Virus record (IMG/VR): IMGVR_UViG_3300042549_006840
Span: 1,622-65,621 of that record
Reading direction: 5' to 3' (one strand)
Source: a virus
Lineage: Duplodnaviria > Caudoviricetes
Length of the DNA: 64,000 bases
The notes below the pieces were generated by a model. That model was not told the origin of the DNA. It saw only the letters and a list, made by a program, of their open reading frames with translations, and did not search any database. This document shows, piece by piece, positions 41,330-51,379 of this stretch. The position numbers and the translations under genes are program-made. Every line of letters begins with the position of its first letter. Position 1 is the first letter of the stretch.

Positions 41330-42037
41330 ATGGCTTTACCTAAATTATCGCACCCTACATTTGAACTTGAAATTCCAAGCACCAAACAAAAAATCAGATA
41401 CAGACCTTTTCTTGTAAAAGAAGAAAAGATCCTATTGATTGCTCAACAAAGTAATGATGCTAAGGACGTTGTATACGCTGTTAAACAGGTTTTACAGAAC
41501 TGCTCGTTAGATTCTATCGACATTGAAGAGTTAACGACGTTTGACATCGAATACTTCTTTATTAAGCTTCGCTCTAAATCAGTCAACAATATTGTTTCTC
41601 TTAAATACAGAGACTTGGAAGATGAGTTGATTTACGATTTTGAGGTAGATATTGAAAAACTTGAAATGACCTATGATCCTAATCACGAGTCTACAATTCA
41701 AGTTAATGATAATACTTTATTGTTTCTAAAATATCCAAAAATGAGTTTAGTTGGTAATCTCGAAACAGTTGAAAATGAAACTGACTTAGTGTTTGCAATT
41801 CTCAGAAACTGCTTGGACAAAATTGTTCAAGGTTCCGAAACTTATGAGATTAAAGACTCTACAAGAGAAGAGATAGATGAGTTTATTCTTTCACTTGATG
41901 TTTCATCATTCAATAAGGTCCAAAGCTTTTTCAACACAATGCCTAAATTGAAACACGAAATTGTTTACACTAACAGTCTTGGTAATGAAAGAAAGATTGT
42001 TTTACAGAATCTAAACGATTTTTTTACATTGGGCTGA
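41330..42037 (+). CDS. gp26: Baseplate hub assembly protein
   Basis: MALPKL..P.FELEIPS..YRPFLVKEEKILL, FDIEYFFIKLRSKSV and FFNTMPKL. Confidence 0.92.
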   Translation: MALPKLSHPTFELEIPSTKQKIRYRPFLVKEEKILLIAQQSNDAKDVVYAVKQVLQNCSLDSIDIEELTTFDIEYFFIKLRSKSVNNIVSLKYRDLEDELIYDFEVDIEKLEMTYDPNHESTIQVNDNTLLFLKYPKMSLVGNLETVENETDLVFAILRNCLDKIVQGSETYEIKDSTREEIDEFILSLDVSSFNKVQSFFNTMPKLKHEIVYTNSLGNERKIVLQNLNDFFTLG

Positions 42038-42201
42038 GCCACAACAACTTATCCAATTATTACACGTTAATATTTGGAATGGCTCAGCACCATAAATATT
42101 CGATACAAGAATTAGAAGAGATGTATCCTTTTGAGCGAGACATTTACGTTGATATGTTGAAGGATTACTTAGAAAAAGAAAAACAAAGGCTTGAAAACTA
42201 A
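42019..42201 (+). CDS. gp51: Baseplate hub assembly protein, in the -1 frame of gp26 (in-frame ATG only at 42079)
   Basis: Manual translation FFYIGLSHNNLSNYYTLIFGMAQHHKYSIQELEEMYPFERDIYVDML...; QHHKYS..ELE.M.P.ER.IY is the gp51 motif. Below the ORF-track size cutoff. Confidence 0.85.
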   Translation, partial: FFYIGLSHNNLSNYYTLIFGMAQHHKYSIQELEEMYPFERDIYVDMLKDYLEKEKQRLEN

Positions 42202-44031
42202 GTGGCTTTAGCTCAATTAATTAAACAAGGTGTTGTCGCATCTGTTAACAACAAAAAAGAACAGATGAAAGACTCTATGAAAGAGTCGTTGATGGGCATG
42301 CCTTTAATTGGTAGCATGCTTCAAAAGAAGGATAAACATTCTGATGGTAAGAATGTTGCTAATTTTGCTAATGAACAAGTCATTATTCTAAAAAAGACAA
42401 ATGTTGTACTAACACAAATATCAGACAACGTTTATAACATTGCTGGCCAGCTTGGTGCAGAGCTTTCTTCCCTCAATGAAGTAAAACAAATATTCAAAGA
42501 CAGAGCTAGACAAGAGGCTATTGATAAACAAAGAGCTTCAGGAATAGCAGAAGAAAGTGGTCTTGAAGCAAAACAAGCAATGCAGCTTGGCTCGGACAAT
42601 AAACCCAAGGCTGATGATAAAAAGCAATCAGGTGGTTTATTTGACTTCCTCAAAACCGGCAAGCTTCCAATTAAGGATATTATCCAAACAGTCTTAAGAG
42701 GTGGACTATCCTTTTTAAGAACAGCTGGTGGATTCTTACTAAGAGGTCTTACACTCTTTACAAATCCTATCGGTATTGCTGTCGCAATTGTTGGTACAAT
42801 AGGATATGGAATTTACAAGTACTTTACTGACGATGAGTTTAAAGACACTGTAGATAATCTTTTTGAAACAGCAAAGAAGTTTATTGCAGAAAAGTTTGGC
42901 CAAGCTGGAAATCTGTTCAGCCAGTATATTATAGATCCTGTCGTCAACTTCCTCACAGGAGTTAAAGATAAAGTGCTTGATTGGATGATATCAGTTCTCA
43001 AACCTTATGAGAATACTCCTCTCATTGGTAAAATAGTCAACCCAAGCGTAGAAGCGTTGGAGAAGATGAAATCTACTCCAACCATTACAGCAACAGATCA
43101 AAAAGAAGCAACTAGCGAAACTAGTAGACTAGCAAGTCGCTATCCTGCTGCAGCTGACAAACAAACAACAGCAACACCCGAAGAAAATGCGGCTTTGGAA
43201 GCTGATATTACAAAGTATGTCAACCTTAAAGATTCAAGTATAGATCTTGCTGGAATGGATCCAGCTGTAAAGAAAAGACTTGCGGCTGTTGCGTATGAGT
43301 ACTTCAATAACACAGGTAAGAAGATTCAAATCAACTCTGCCTTCAGAGACCCCAAAGAACAAGCTGAGTTGTTTGCAAAGTACGGGTCACCACGAGCAGC
43401 AAGACCGGGTAAGAGTAAGCATGAAGTTGGTTTAGCTGTTGATATGAATTCAGTTGATGCCAATAAAGCCATTGGTATGGGTCTGTTTGATAAGTATGGC
43501 TTCCAAAGACCTATTGCATCTGAGCCGTGGCACGTCGAAGCTAAAGAGGCTAGAAACTCAATTGCGGATAATCCTTCAAGTCCCGGTCAAGCAGTATTAG
43601 TCTCCAATGGTGGCAAGCCGACTATACCTTCTGATGGAGTTGCAGTCAACGAGAATCAATTAAAACAAGCAACGCCTGCTGGTGGTGGAGCTGAAACAGC
43701 CCAAACCGTTAGTGATTTACCTTCCGCTGAACCTGTAAAAACAGAATCTGGCCAAACAACTAATATGGCTACGGAATCTGGATCAGAATCAACAGCCAAG
43801 TCAGCAGCAGCTCCAGCTGAACCGGTTTCCGCTGAGCCATCAACAGGAACTCAAGTAGCGCAAGCTTCTATGGAAGTCGAACAAGGTTATGGGAATCAAC
43901 AGCCTGTTGTTTCTAATATTGACAATAGTAGATCTAGCATGTCTTCAACAGAACAGGGTACTAGATTCAAGATACCTTCGCCAGTCGCTAACAGAGGAAG
44001 CTTGGACAAAATGTCCTTTAGCTATGCATGA
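42202..44031 (+). CDS. Tape-measure/hub-like protein with M15 (VanY-like) peptidase domain
   Basis: Helical N-terminus with a hydrophobic segment; INSAFR..EQ, SKHEVGLAVD and EPWH zinc-peptidase motifs. Confidence 0.75.
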   Translation: MALAQLIKQGVVASVNNKKEQMKDSMKESLMGMPLIGSMLQKKDKHSDGKNVANFANEQVIILKKTNVVLTQISDNVYNIAGQLGAELSSLNEVKQIFKDRARQEAIDKQRASGIAEESGLEAKQAMQLGSDNKPKADDKKQSGGLFDFLKTGKLPIKDIIQTVLRGGLSFLRTAGGFLLRGLTLFTNPIGIAVAIVGTIGYGIYKYFTDDEFKDTVDNLFETAKKFIAEKFGQAGNLFSQYIIDPVVNFLTGVKDKVLDWMISVLKPYENTPLIGKIVNPSVEALEKMKSTPTITATDQKEATSETSRLASRYPAAADKQTTATPEENAALEADITKYVNLKDSSIDLAGMDPAVKKRLAAVAYEYFNNTGKKIQINSAFRDPKEQAELFAKYGSPRAARPGKSKHEVGLAVDMNSVDANKAIGMGLFDKYGFQRPIASEPWHVEAKEARNSIADNPSSPGQAVLVSNGGKPTIPSDGVAVNENQLKQATPAGGGAETAQTVSDLPSAEPVKTESGQTTNMATESGSESTAKSAAAPAEPVSAEPSTGTQVAQASMEVEQGYGNQQPVVSNIDNSRSSMSSTEQGTRFKIPSPVANRGSLDKMSFSYA

Positions 44032-45719
44032 TGGCTGATGAAAAAAAGAAACCCAAGCTAGCTGAGTTGCTGAATCAATCCAGCAAACAAACTGTTTCTT
44101 CTAATGATACAGTGCTTGATTTGATGAATCAAAACCACATAATTCTGACTCAGATTTCTGATAATTTTTATAATATTGCTGGTAAGCTGGGAGCTCAAGT
44201 GTCATCAATGAGGGAGGTAGAGGCTGCTATTATTGCTGAGGAGAAGCAAGCAGAGCCTGTATCCACAACAACAGAGCAACCACAAGCAGTAGCTGTAAAC
44301 AAAAACCAAGAGCAGAAACCTAAGAAAGAATCTAGTGGTTTTGGATTGATGGCTCTCGGAGCGGCTCTAATGTTTGGGAAGGATATTATCGAAGGGATGA
44401 TTAACTTCTTTAAAAACCCCTTTGAAATAATTTCCAATTTGCTGGGATCGCTTGGTGACAGTATCGTCGAGTGGTTTGAAGAAGGGGGTTTCAAAGACTT
44501 CCTTGTTGAAGCTTTTAATGAGGGTAAAAAAGAGCTGATTAAAACTTTTGAAAACCTCAAGGATATTTTTAAAATTATAATTGGCGACCCAGTTGCTAAC
44601 CTCATTGATAACATTAAACTTTCTTTTATTGGCATATCAATAGATGGATTGAAAATGTTGCCTGACTGGCTCAAAGGAGATTCAGTTAAAGAAATTGAAA
44701 AGAACCTTGAAAAAGCCAGAGGTAATATTGAAGCTGGTAAAGAAACCAGAGCTCAGGAAAACCAGGCTACCAGAGAAGATTTGAAAAAGAGGAATGCCAA
44801 ACCTGCCGCAGGTAGTGAGGAACCACCAAAACAAACATCTGAAGATTTGAAAGAAGATACTCCTCAACAAGAGCCAGTTTCAACTCCGCCTTCACCTGCT
44901 CCAGCGCCCACTCCCACAGTAACTACACTAACAGGAGCATCAGTAACAACAGAGTCTGGTGCCACACTTAAAACAGGTGCTGAAGAAACACAATCAATTC
45001 CTACTGCTTCAGATAAAACTCCCCCTTCTACAAAAGTTGCTACTGCAGTTGAAAAACCAACTGCAGGTGGCACTACAGCTCCTTCAGTTGGGCCTGACGA
45101 CAAAGAGATCATGGAGATGATTAAGAAGCATGAAGGTGTCAGAACAAAACCATATAAGGACAGTCTTGGACTTTGGACTGTTGGTGTTGGTCACCTGATT
45201 GGAGATGGAAAGACTCTTCCACCTGAATGGAACAGAGAACTATCAATGGCTGAGGTTGATGAGTTGTTTTACAAGGATTACATGAGCCACAAGAAGGCTG
45301 CAATGAAGATTCCAGGTTTCAATCTAGTCAACGCAAAGGCACAAGGGGCTTTGATTGATCTTACGTTTAACATGGGGAATACTTGGTTTAAGAAGTGGCC
45401 AAACTTCGTAAAGAATCTTTCTGAAGGCAACACGGTTGGTGCGGCCGCCAGTCTTGAAGATAGTAATTGGTATAAGCAAGTCAAAGGCCGAGCAGTCACG
45501 ATTGTTTCTTTAATTAAGCAAGGTGCTTCCAATGCAATGGGGATGGCTTCTTCCCCATCGACAGGAGTACAAACCGCGCAGGCTGGAGCAGATGTTAATG
45601 CTGCTAAGAAAAAGCAAACCACCCAAGTTGTTTATAATGTTAACAACAGCGTTGCAACAGCTGTAAAAGTGGGAGCTCCACAAGGGAGCTCCACAACTGT
45701 CGCTAGAGACGTAGGTTAG
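44028..45719 (+). CDS. Tape-measure/hub-like protein with GH24 phage lysozyme domain
   Basis: HEGVRTKPYKDSLGLWTVGVGHLI (E-D-T triad), ALIDLTFNMG and WYKQVKGRA. Confidence 0.8.
   Translation: MMADEKKKPKLAELLNQSSKQTVSSNDTVLDLMNQNHIILTQISDNFYNIAGKLGAQVSSMREVEAAIIAEEKQAEPVSTTTEQPQAVAVNKNQEQKPKKESSGFGLMALGAALMFGKDIIEGMINFFKNPFEIISNLLGSLGDSIVEWFEEGGFKDFLVEAFNEGKKELIKTFENLKDIFKIIIGDPVANLIDNIKLSFIGISIDGLKMLPDWLKGDSVKEIEKNLEKARGNIEAGKETRAQENQATREDLKKRNAKPAAGSEEPPKQTSEDLKEDTPQQEPVSTPPSPAPAPTPTVTTLTGASVTTESGATLKTGAEETQSIPTASDKTPPSTKVATAVEKPTAGGTTAPSVGPDDKEIMEMIKKHEGVRTKPYKDSLGLWTVGVGHLIGDGKTLPPEWNRELSMAEVDELFYKDYMSHKKAAMKIPGFNLVNAKAQGALIDLTFNMGNTWFKKWPNFVKNLSEGNTVGAAASLEDSNWYKQVKGRAVTIVSLIKQGASNAMGMASSPSTGVQTAQAGADVNAAKKKQTTQVVYNVNNSVATAVKVGAPQGSSTTVARDVG
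45665..45694 (-). terminator. Probable intrinsic terminator downstream of gp32
   Basis: GGAGCTCC-CTTGT-GGAGCTCC hairpin followed by CACTTTT on the minus strand. Confidence 0.5.
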
Positions 45720-46615
45720 TCTTCAGCTAGCTTCTGAAAGAAGCTCATTGACTCATCATCATCCTCTGCCAAGTCGGCAGCCATCTGACGTGGAGCAGCC
45801 TTAGCTTTAGGAGCGGCCTCGAAAGCCTCTTCCAATTCAGCAGTCTTAGCAAGTGGCTTTGGTGTAGAACCATCCAAGCCCAACACTTTGTAAAGACGAG
45901 CCTTCAAAACGTCGTAGTCCTTAAACTCTGCACGAGCCAGGAACGGCTGCAATGCATACTCAGACTTCCAGATAGATTCCAACTGGTCGTCGTCTTGCAA
46001 CAAGGGACCAGCTTCATCGAACTCTGACTTATCATAGTTCTGGTAGCCTTCGACCTTACGGATCTTCAACTTGAAGTTAGCACCTTCCCACATATCAAAT
46101 GGGTTCAATGGATTCTCATCTTCGAACTCGGGGTTCATCGCTGCGTTCAACTTATCAAAAATCTTCTTGCCATACTTGTACATGAAGACTTTGCCTTCAT
46201 TCTCAGGATTAGCAGTATCTTTCACAATGTAAACATTGCTGATGAAACCGAGCTTACGCTTTTGTTTGCGTACTGTGTCTTGGTTAGACTTCAGACCTGT
46301 GTTCCACAACTCCATGTTGTATTCAGAAACAGGATCCTTCTCACCCAACGATGTCAAAGACTTCTCAATGTACCAGCCACCAGGACCCTGGAAAGCGTGA
46401 TCAAAGATACGAACAAACGGTACATCTTCACCCTCGGGAGCAGGCAAGAAACGAATCACAGCAAAACCGTTACCAGCTTTATCTACTGTCGGTTTCCAGA
46501 ACCGTGCGTCTTCTTGTTTACCTTGGGGAGTTGCACTCAGCTTTGTAAGCTCGTCTGTGAGCTTTGTGAATGAAGTTTGTGTGCTCTTCTTAAGAGCTTG
46601 AAAGCTATTAGCCAT
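45716..46615 (-). CDS. gp32: Single-stranded DNA-binding protein
   Basis: DARFWKP..DKAGNGFAVIRFLP, HAFQGPGGWYIE, KYGKKIFDK and an acidic tail. Confidence 0.96.
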   Translation of the reverse strand: MANSFQALKKSTQTSFTKLTDELTKLSATPQGKQEDARFWKPTVDKAGNGFAVIRFLPAPEGEDVPFVRIFDHAFQGPGGWYIEKSLTSLGEKDPVSEYNMELWNTGLKSNQDTVRKQKRKLGFISNVYIVKDTANPENEGKVFMYKYGKKIFDKLNAAMNPEFEDENPLNPFDMWEGANFKLKIRKVEGYQNYDKSEFDEAGPLLQDDDQLESIWKSEYALQPFLARAEFKDYDVLKARLYKVLGLDGSTPKPLAKTAELEEAFEAAPKAKAAPRQMAADLAEDDDESMSFFQKLAED

Positions 46616-46695
46616 CGTATTTCCTTGTATTAAATGTATAAAAAGTATTAACGTATATCCACAGTATCATAGCGAATATGGTATTTATTATAACG

Positions 46696-47307
46696 TCAAA
46701 CCGTGAACTTATCAACGACCAACTTCTTAACCTTCTGTTGGTCAAAGTTGACAAACGGTTTGTATTTCTTGATCTTGCGGTAGACCTCAGGCCACACTAC
46801 AGGATCAGAAATCTTTTTGTTCCAAGACCTAGTGTAATTGATCAACAAATCAAGTACAACTAAGGTCTCTAAACGAATTGTTCCACGAAGGAATAGTTTT
46901 AGCAGCAAAGGGTGCTGACCTTCTTCTGTGGTAAAGTTATTATCAAAAACAGGATCAAGTTTATCCAAGTCACTAGACAGCATGTATGTAAAGCTGTCCC
47001 GGTACTTAATGAACTCACGATACATCTTATCACTCTGTTCATTGTTAACAAGGTCACCAATCCAATTGTTAGAACCATAAACAAAGTTGGCAACCATGTA
47101 CTCAACTTTGTCTTTGCGTTCAGCTAACTTGTAGAAGAAGTATTTGTCGTTACGACTATCAAACGTTTTCCTGGAAGCCTTTACTTTTCCATTGTGTTTG
47201 AAGTAATCGTAAGTGTTAGATGTAAAGTGGTTTTTAAGGGCAATGTACAGTTTGTAAGCGTCAAACGCTTGCGTGTCACTCGTTGTCTGATAGAGGAAGT
47301 TTTGCAC
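46696..47307 (-). CDS. gp59: Helicase loader
   Basis: AYKLYIALKNHFT..YDYFKHNGK..RNDKYFF and KKYKPF. Confidence 0.92.
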   Translation of the reverse strand: MQNFLYQTTSDTQAFDAYKLYIALKNHFTSNTYDYFKHNGKVKASRKTFDSRNDKYFFYKLAERKDKVEYMVANFVYGSNNWIGDLVNNEQSDKMYREFIKYRDSFTYMLSSDLDKLDPVFDNNFTTEEGQHPLLLKLFLRGTIRLETLVVLDLLINYTRSWNKKISDPVVWPEVYRKIKKYKPFVNFDQQKVKKLVVDKFTV

Positions 47308-47563
47308 TTTTCGGTAAATAATTTAATTCTTCAGCTTCGTTTTGAATGTTGGCTTTCATCTTAGCACTAGACTTGATGAGAGAAGCTGCTGACTCAATTT
47401 CAAGTCCTGTTACTTCACAAAAATGAAGTACAGCATCAATATACTCCATTCCTTTTCCTTTGACAAGTTTGTCAATCTCTTCTTGGAAGTCTTTTACTGA
47501 CTTAACAGGATTGTATGGAATCTCTGGAAAGTCTGTTACTGTTTGTGATGTCATTAATCCCAT
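47276..47563 (-). CDS. gp33: Late transcription co-activator
   Basis: YIDAVLHFCE..EIE and EAEELNYL; true start may be the second Met. Confidence 0.88.
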   Translation of the reverse strand: MGLMTSQTVTDFPEIPYNPVKSVKDFQEEIDKLVKGKGMEYIDAVLHFCEVTGLEIESAASLIKSSAKMKANIQNEAEELNYLPKSAKLPLSDNE

Positions 47564-48156
47564 AGTCCTTGATAGTATTTTCCGAATAGGCGGAATCCGT
47601 TTGCTTTGCGATCTGAATGTGCGTGCAGTCCGACCATGTCAATTTTAATTTTGCCGATCTGCTCACTTATACCAGCCTTTTCATCAACCGCTGAATGATC
47701 GTAGAATTGATTATCGCTGTTGTGATCAACATTCTGCTCAAAAGCCCATATCATTTCATCAAGAACCCAATCCCATCTAGCAAAGTGGTTCTCGTCTGTA
47801 TCATATTCATTCTCTTTTTTAGAGTTTATTGATCGAAGGTGTTCTGGAACATCCTCATCGTCAGTGTTGGGTGATCCATGCTTTGTTACTTTGAGCTGCT
47901 TTAGCATTGGAAGAACAATCTTTGCTAGAGTGTAATCCATGCTCCAAGTATCGTACCGATCAATCTTTACATAATTGATTTCTGGATGAACAAAGTCTAA
48001 AAACTTTTGCCAAGCTTCACAGAGTGGCTTTAGGCGGTCAGCCCACTTATCAATGATTGGTTCATTGTAATCAATATCACGCCAGAAGAACACCTTTTCT
48101 AGGAAAATGTATGGGCTGATCCAATGATTGCGGTACCCACCAATGTAAACCTTCAT
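47554..48156 (-). CDS. Conserved phage hypothetical protein
   Basis: IDRYDTWSMDYTLA, WDWVLDEMIWAF and GFRLFGKYYQGLWD; has its own promoter. Confidence 0.75.
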   Translation of the reverse strand: MKVYIGGYRNHWISPYIFLEKVFFWRDIDYNEPIIDKWADRLKPLCEAWQKFLDFVHPEINYVKIDRYDTWSMDYTLAKIVLPMLKQLKVTKHGSPNTDDEDVPEHLRSINSKKENEYDTDENHFARWDWVLDEMIWAFEQNVDHNSDNQFYDHSAVDEKAGISEQIGKIKIDMVGLHAHSDRKANGFRLFGKYYQGLWD

Positions 48157-48178
48157 AATATTCCTTATAACAAAGCGG

Positions 48179-48207
48179 ATTATATAGCTTTATTTGTTTC
48201 CAGGCAA
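48179..48207 (-). promoter_or_regulatory. Sigma70-type early promoter
   Basis: TTGCCT-17 nt-TATAAT. Confidence 0.7.
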
Positions 48208-48282
48208 CAGCTAAAATCTAAATATCTACTCAATCTATATCATGGAAAGGTGAAATACAACATTAAACTCAAAAGGTAAGCG

Positions 48283-49269
48283 ATGACGAACATCAAGAAA
48301 ATAACCTTGACGATTCTTTTAGCAGCAATGGTGGGTGGAGCAAATTCACAAACAGCCACTACATATGATTCTAAAACACTTGTAGACACCAATAGTGCAT
48401 CTACAAGTACCAGTACAGTTAACAGCAATAACACTAACAACAACAATAACTTAAACGTCAATAACACAGTAGTTGATAGTAAATCTGTTAATACGAACAA
48501 CAACATTAACACATCTACATCTACATCCACTAATACCAACATTCAGCTTGGTACAATGACTAACAACAATAATAACAACAATGTTAGCACATCAACTTCA
48601 GTTAGTGATAGTAAAAATGTAAACATAAACGATTCTAAATCAGTAAGTGATAATAAGAATCTTAACATTAATGATTCTAAGTCAGTCAGTGACAACAAGA
48701 ATCTAAACATTAATAATTCTACAGCTACAAGTACGAGTGTTAATGATAACAAGAATGTAAACATTAGTACGTCTGTTTCAGATTCTAAACAGTTTATTGA
48801 TTCTACAAATGTAAACACAAACATTAACAGGTCTGAAATCACTCAGAAAGTTATTCAACCACCTCCAACTGCTGTTGCTCCCACAATGATGTCTGGTGGT
48901 AACAGCGATCTGTGTACTACTGGTGTATCCGGTGCAGTACAGACTCAGATCTTCGGCGTATCCGGTGGCGGTACAACAAGAGACTTGAATTGCGAGAGAT
49001 TGAAACTATCTAAAACCCTTTATGATATGGGTATGAAGGTTGCCGCTGTTGCTGTGATGTGTCAAGATAGACGCGTCTTTGAAGCAATGTTATCTGCAGG
49101 AACTCCTTGCCCATTTGATGGCAAGATTGGCGAACAAGCCAAAGCCTCTTGGGAAGCAAGCCCAAACAAAGTTCCAGAACTAGAAGATCACAAGAAGGAC
49201 AAACAAAATGCTGCAAAGAATATTGGCTTTGGTGCTATTGGCGCTTACCTTTTACACCGCATCTTCTAA
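48283..49269 (+). CDS. Secreted/membrane protein with Asn/Ser/Thr-rich repeats and Cys-containing domain
   Basis: Signal peptide, NINDSKSVSDNKN repeats and PPPTAVAP..C..CERLKLS..MCQD..GTPCP. Confidence 0.7.
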   Translation: MTNIKKITLTILLAAMVGGANSQTATTYDSKTLVDTNSASTSTSTVNSNNTNNNNNLNVNNTVVDSKSVNTNNNINTSTSTSTNTNIQLGTMTNNNNNNNVSTSTSVSDSKNVNINDSKSVSDNKNLNINDSKSVSDNKNLNINNSTATSTSVNDNKNVNISTSVSDSKQFIDSTNVNTNINRSEITQKVIQPPPTAVAPTMMSGGNSDLCTTGVSGAVQTQIFGVSGGGTTRDLNCERLKLSKTLYDMGMKVAAVAVMCQDRRVFEAMLSAGTPCPFDGKIGEQAKASWEASPNKVPELEDHKKDKQNAAKNIGFGAIGAYLLHRIF

Positions 49270-51256
49270 AGCAGACATTGTAAGCGTACCAATCCTCAAC
49301 GGTCAGTTTACAGTAAATGTAATGACTGGTGCGGATGCGTACCAGTTACAGCAGATTAAAAACAACCCTGCTGCTACAAGGTATAGCATTAGTGATGATT
49401 CTAATGTTAATGTACCTTTGCAGTTTACGTTTCCTTACTTTGGCCAGAACTTTACCAATTCATGGATGTATTCCAATGGAGCAGTTAGTTTTAAACATGG
49501 TAATGCGAACGGGGGATTTTGTTGTTCTGGTATTGACTTAACAACAAACAGAGACACAAGCTTCAACTACTCTCTTCTACCACTACAAACTGACTTAATT
49601 GGACAGACAAATAATAACTTCTATACTTTAGGTACTAGCACGAGCATGACCTATGGTTGGTACGGTATTAATCAGTATGGTAGTGGCAACAAGAGTAGCT
49701 TTGAAGTAAAAATTGACAATACGGGTCTAGTTGATTTTAGATTTGATCAAGCATTGATAACCAGTAATGCTGTGACAATTGGTATGACAGGAGATCTTAC
49801 AAAAGGTGAGTACTACCAATACTTTCATGGTAGTGGTATCAACAGAAGTAGTTTTGGTTTCACAGGAACATTTGGAACAGGCCAAGATCCTTGTATAGGT
49901 GACCCGCTGGCAAACTCTTCTTGTCCTGGCTATGCTGCCGCATACCTAACACAGCAATGTAACATCTCAGCTTTGTATGATGTTACTTGTCCAGGTTACG
50001 CAACCGCCTACTTTAATCAGCAGTGCAGTATTTCAGCATTGTATGATACAGCATGTCCTGGATATGCCACTGCTTATTTTAATCAACAATGTACTGCCAA
50101 CCAACTTTACAATTCTAGTTGCCCTGGTTATGCGTCAGCTTACCTAACACAACAATGTAATATTACTCAGCTATACAGTACTTCGTGCCCAGGTTATCAA
50201 ACCGCATATGCTCGGAAAGTTGCATTAGAAACCCAAACAAAGTTAGCTTCGGCAGAAACATCAAGAACAGAAGCTCCTAAGGCTGATGCACCTCCACCAG
50301 GTTCACCTCCCCCACCCCCTCCAGGTGCTCCTGTTCAAGATACTACTAGTGCAAAAGCTGAAGTCAAACTAGATTTGGGTGGTGCAACAATTTCACCAAC
50401 TGGAGAGATCAAACCTGCTGACGGTATTCCTGATGCTGCAAGACCCCCTCCACCTCCTGAAATGGCTTCTGGTCCAGGACCTGGTCCTGGTGGCCCCTCT
50501 GGTCCAGGAAACCCTTCGTTACCTCCTCCACCCGGAACACCAGCTGGGTTTACTGAAAGACAAGAGTCACAACAAGAAAGAAGATCAGGTCCTCCTGTTA
50601 ACGCTTTAGCGATTGCAAGAAACGCTGTTGCAGCAACAGAAGCTTTGGCTCGTTCTGTAGCAAGCGAATCTGCAAAGATGTCTTTTAGTGAGAACGCCAA
50701 CCCATCTGATGGCATTGGTTTAAATTTAGATGGTACAGGAATTAGATTGAGTGTATCCGGATTGGGTTTTAGTGTTCAATCATCGAGCTACCAACAAGAA
50801 GTCACAAACAGCAATACTGCATTTAATAGTTTTAAAAGTGAAGTTGGAAGTATGACAACAGCTTCTGTACAGGAACAAAGACCACAATTAAAGCAAGAAA
50901 ACACAAACACTGCACAATCAATGGAAGTGCCTTTAATTCCTCAGCAAAACAGTACGACTCATTTTGAAAACAAAGTGAATAGCATTACAGCTTTGCAAGA
51001 ACAAAGAATTGATAATAATGAGACAGTGAAAAACAAGGGTGATGTATCGGAACTAGCGGGTGGTGTTGACTTAACGAAGTTAACAGCGCTTCCAACAGGG
51101 TATGCATCCTATCTTTCTTTCACTATTAAAGACTCTCCTTTTTATGATATAAAAGAAGTCTATAAAAATCAAGTTAATGTTGACAATGCTCGAGCTTTAA
51201 GACAAATGAGCTCTGATAGACTACATCAACAATTAATTAATTTGCAGTACAAATGA
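49208..51256 (+). CDS. Secreted protein with five C-x9-CPGY repeats and a Pro-rich linker
   Basis: Signal peptide, nidogen-like beta domain (VPLQFTFPYFGQNFT..SNG.VSF) and tandem QQC...CPGYA units. Confidence 0.7.
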   Translation: MLQRILALVLLALTFYTASSKADIVSVPILNGQFTVNVMTGADAYQLQQIKNNPAATRYSISDDSNVNVPLQFTFPYFGQNFTNSWMYSNGAVSFKHGNANGGFCCSGIDLTTNRDTSFNYSLLPLQTDLIGQTNNNFYTLGTSTSMTYGWYGINQYGSGNKSSFEVKIDNTGLVDFRFDQALITSNAVTIGMTGDLTKGEYYQYFHGSGINRSSFGFTGTFGTGQDPCIGDPLANSSCPGYAAAYLTQQCNISALYDVTCPGYATAYFNQQCSISALYDTACPGYATAYFNQQCTANQLYNSSCPGYASAYLTQQCNITQLYSTSCPGYQTAYARKVALETQTKLASAETSRTEAPKADAPPPGSPPPPPPGAPVQDTTSAKAEVKLDLGGATISPTGEIKPADGIPDAARPPPPPEMASGPGPGPGGPSGPGNPSLPPPPGTPAGFTERQESQQERRSGPPVNALAIARNAVAATEALARSVASESAKMSFSENANPSDGIGLNLDGTGIRLSVSGLGFSVQSSSYQQEVTNSNTAFNSFKSEVGSMTTASVQEQRPQLKQENTNTAQSMEVPLIPQQNSTTHFENKVNSITALQEQRIDNNETVKNKGDVSELAGGVDLTKLTALPTGYASYLSFTIKDSPFYDIKEVYKNQVNVDNARALRQMSSDRLHQQLINLQYK

Positions 51257-51264
51257 GGAAGTAA

Positions 51265-51354
51265 ATGAACGGGGAGCGCATTTACAATTTAATTTGCGGT
51301 GCTATAATTATTTTAGCTGTAATTATAGTAATGAGTTATTTTATACAAAGTTAA
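51265..51354 (+). CDS. Small single-TM protein
   Basis: MNGERIYNLICGAIIILAVIIVMSYFIQS with a GAGG RBS. Confidence 0.5.
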   Translation: MNGERIYNLICGAIIILAVIIVMSYFIQS

Positions 51355-51379
51355 TAAAAATATTAAACAAGGAAGTAAA

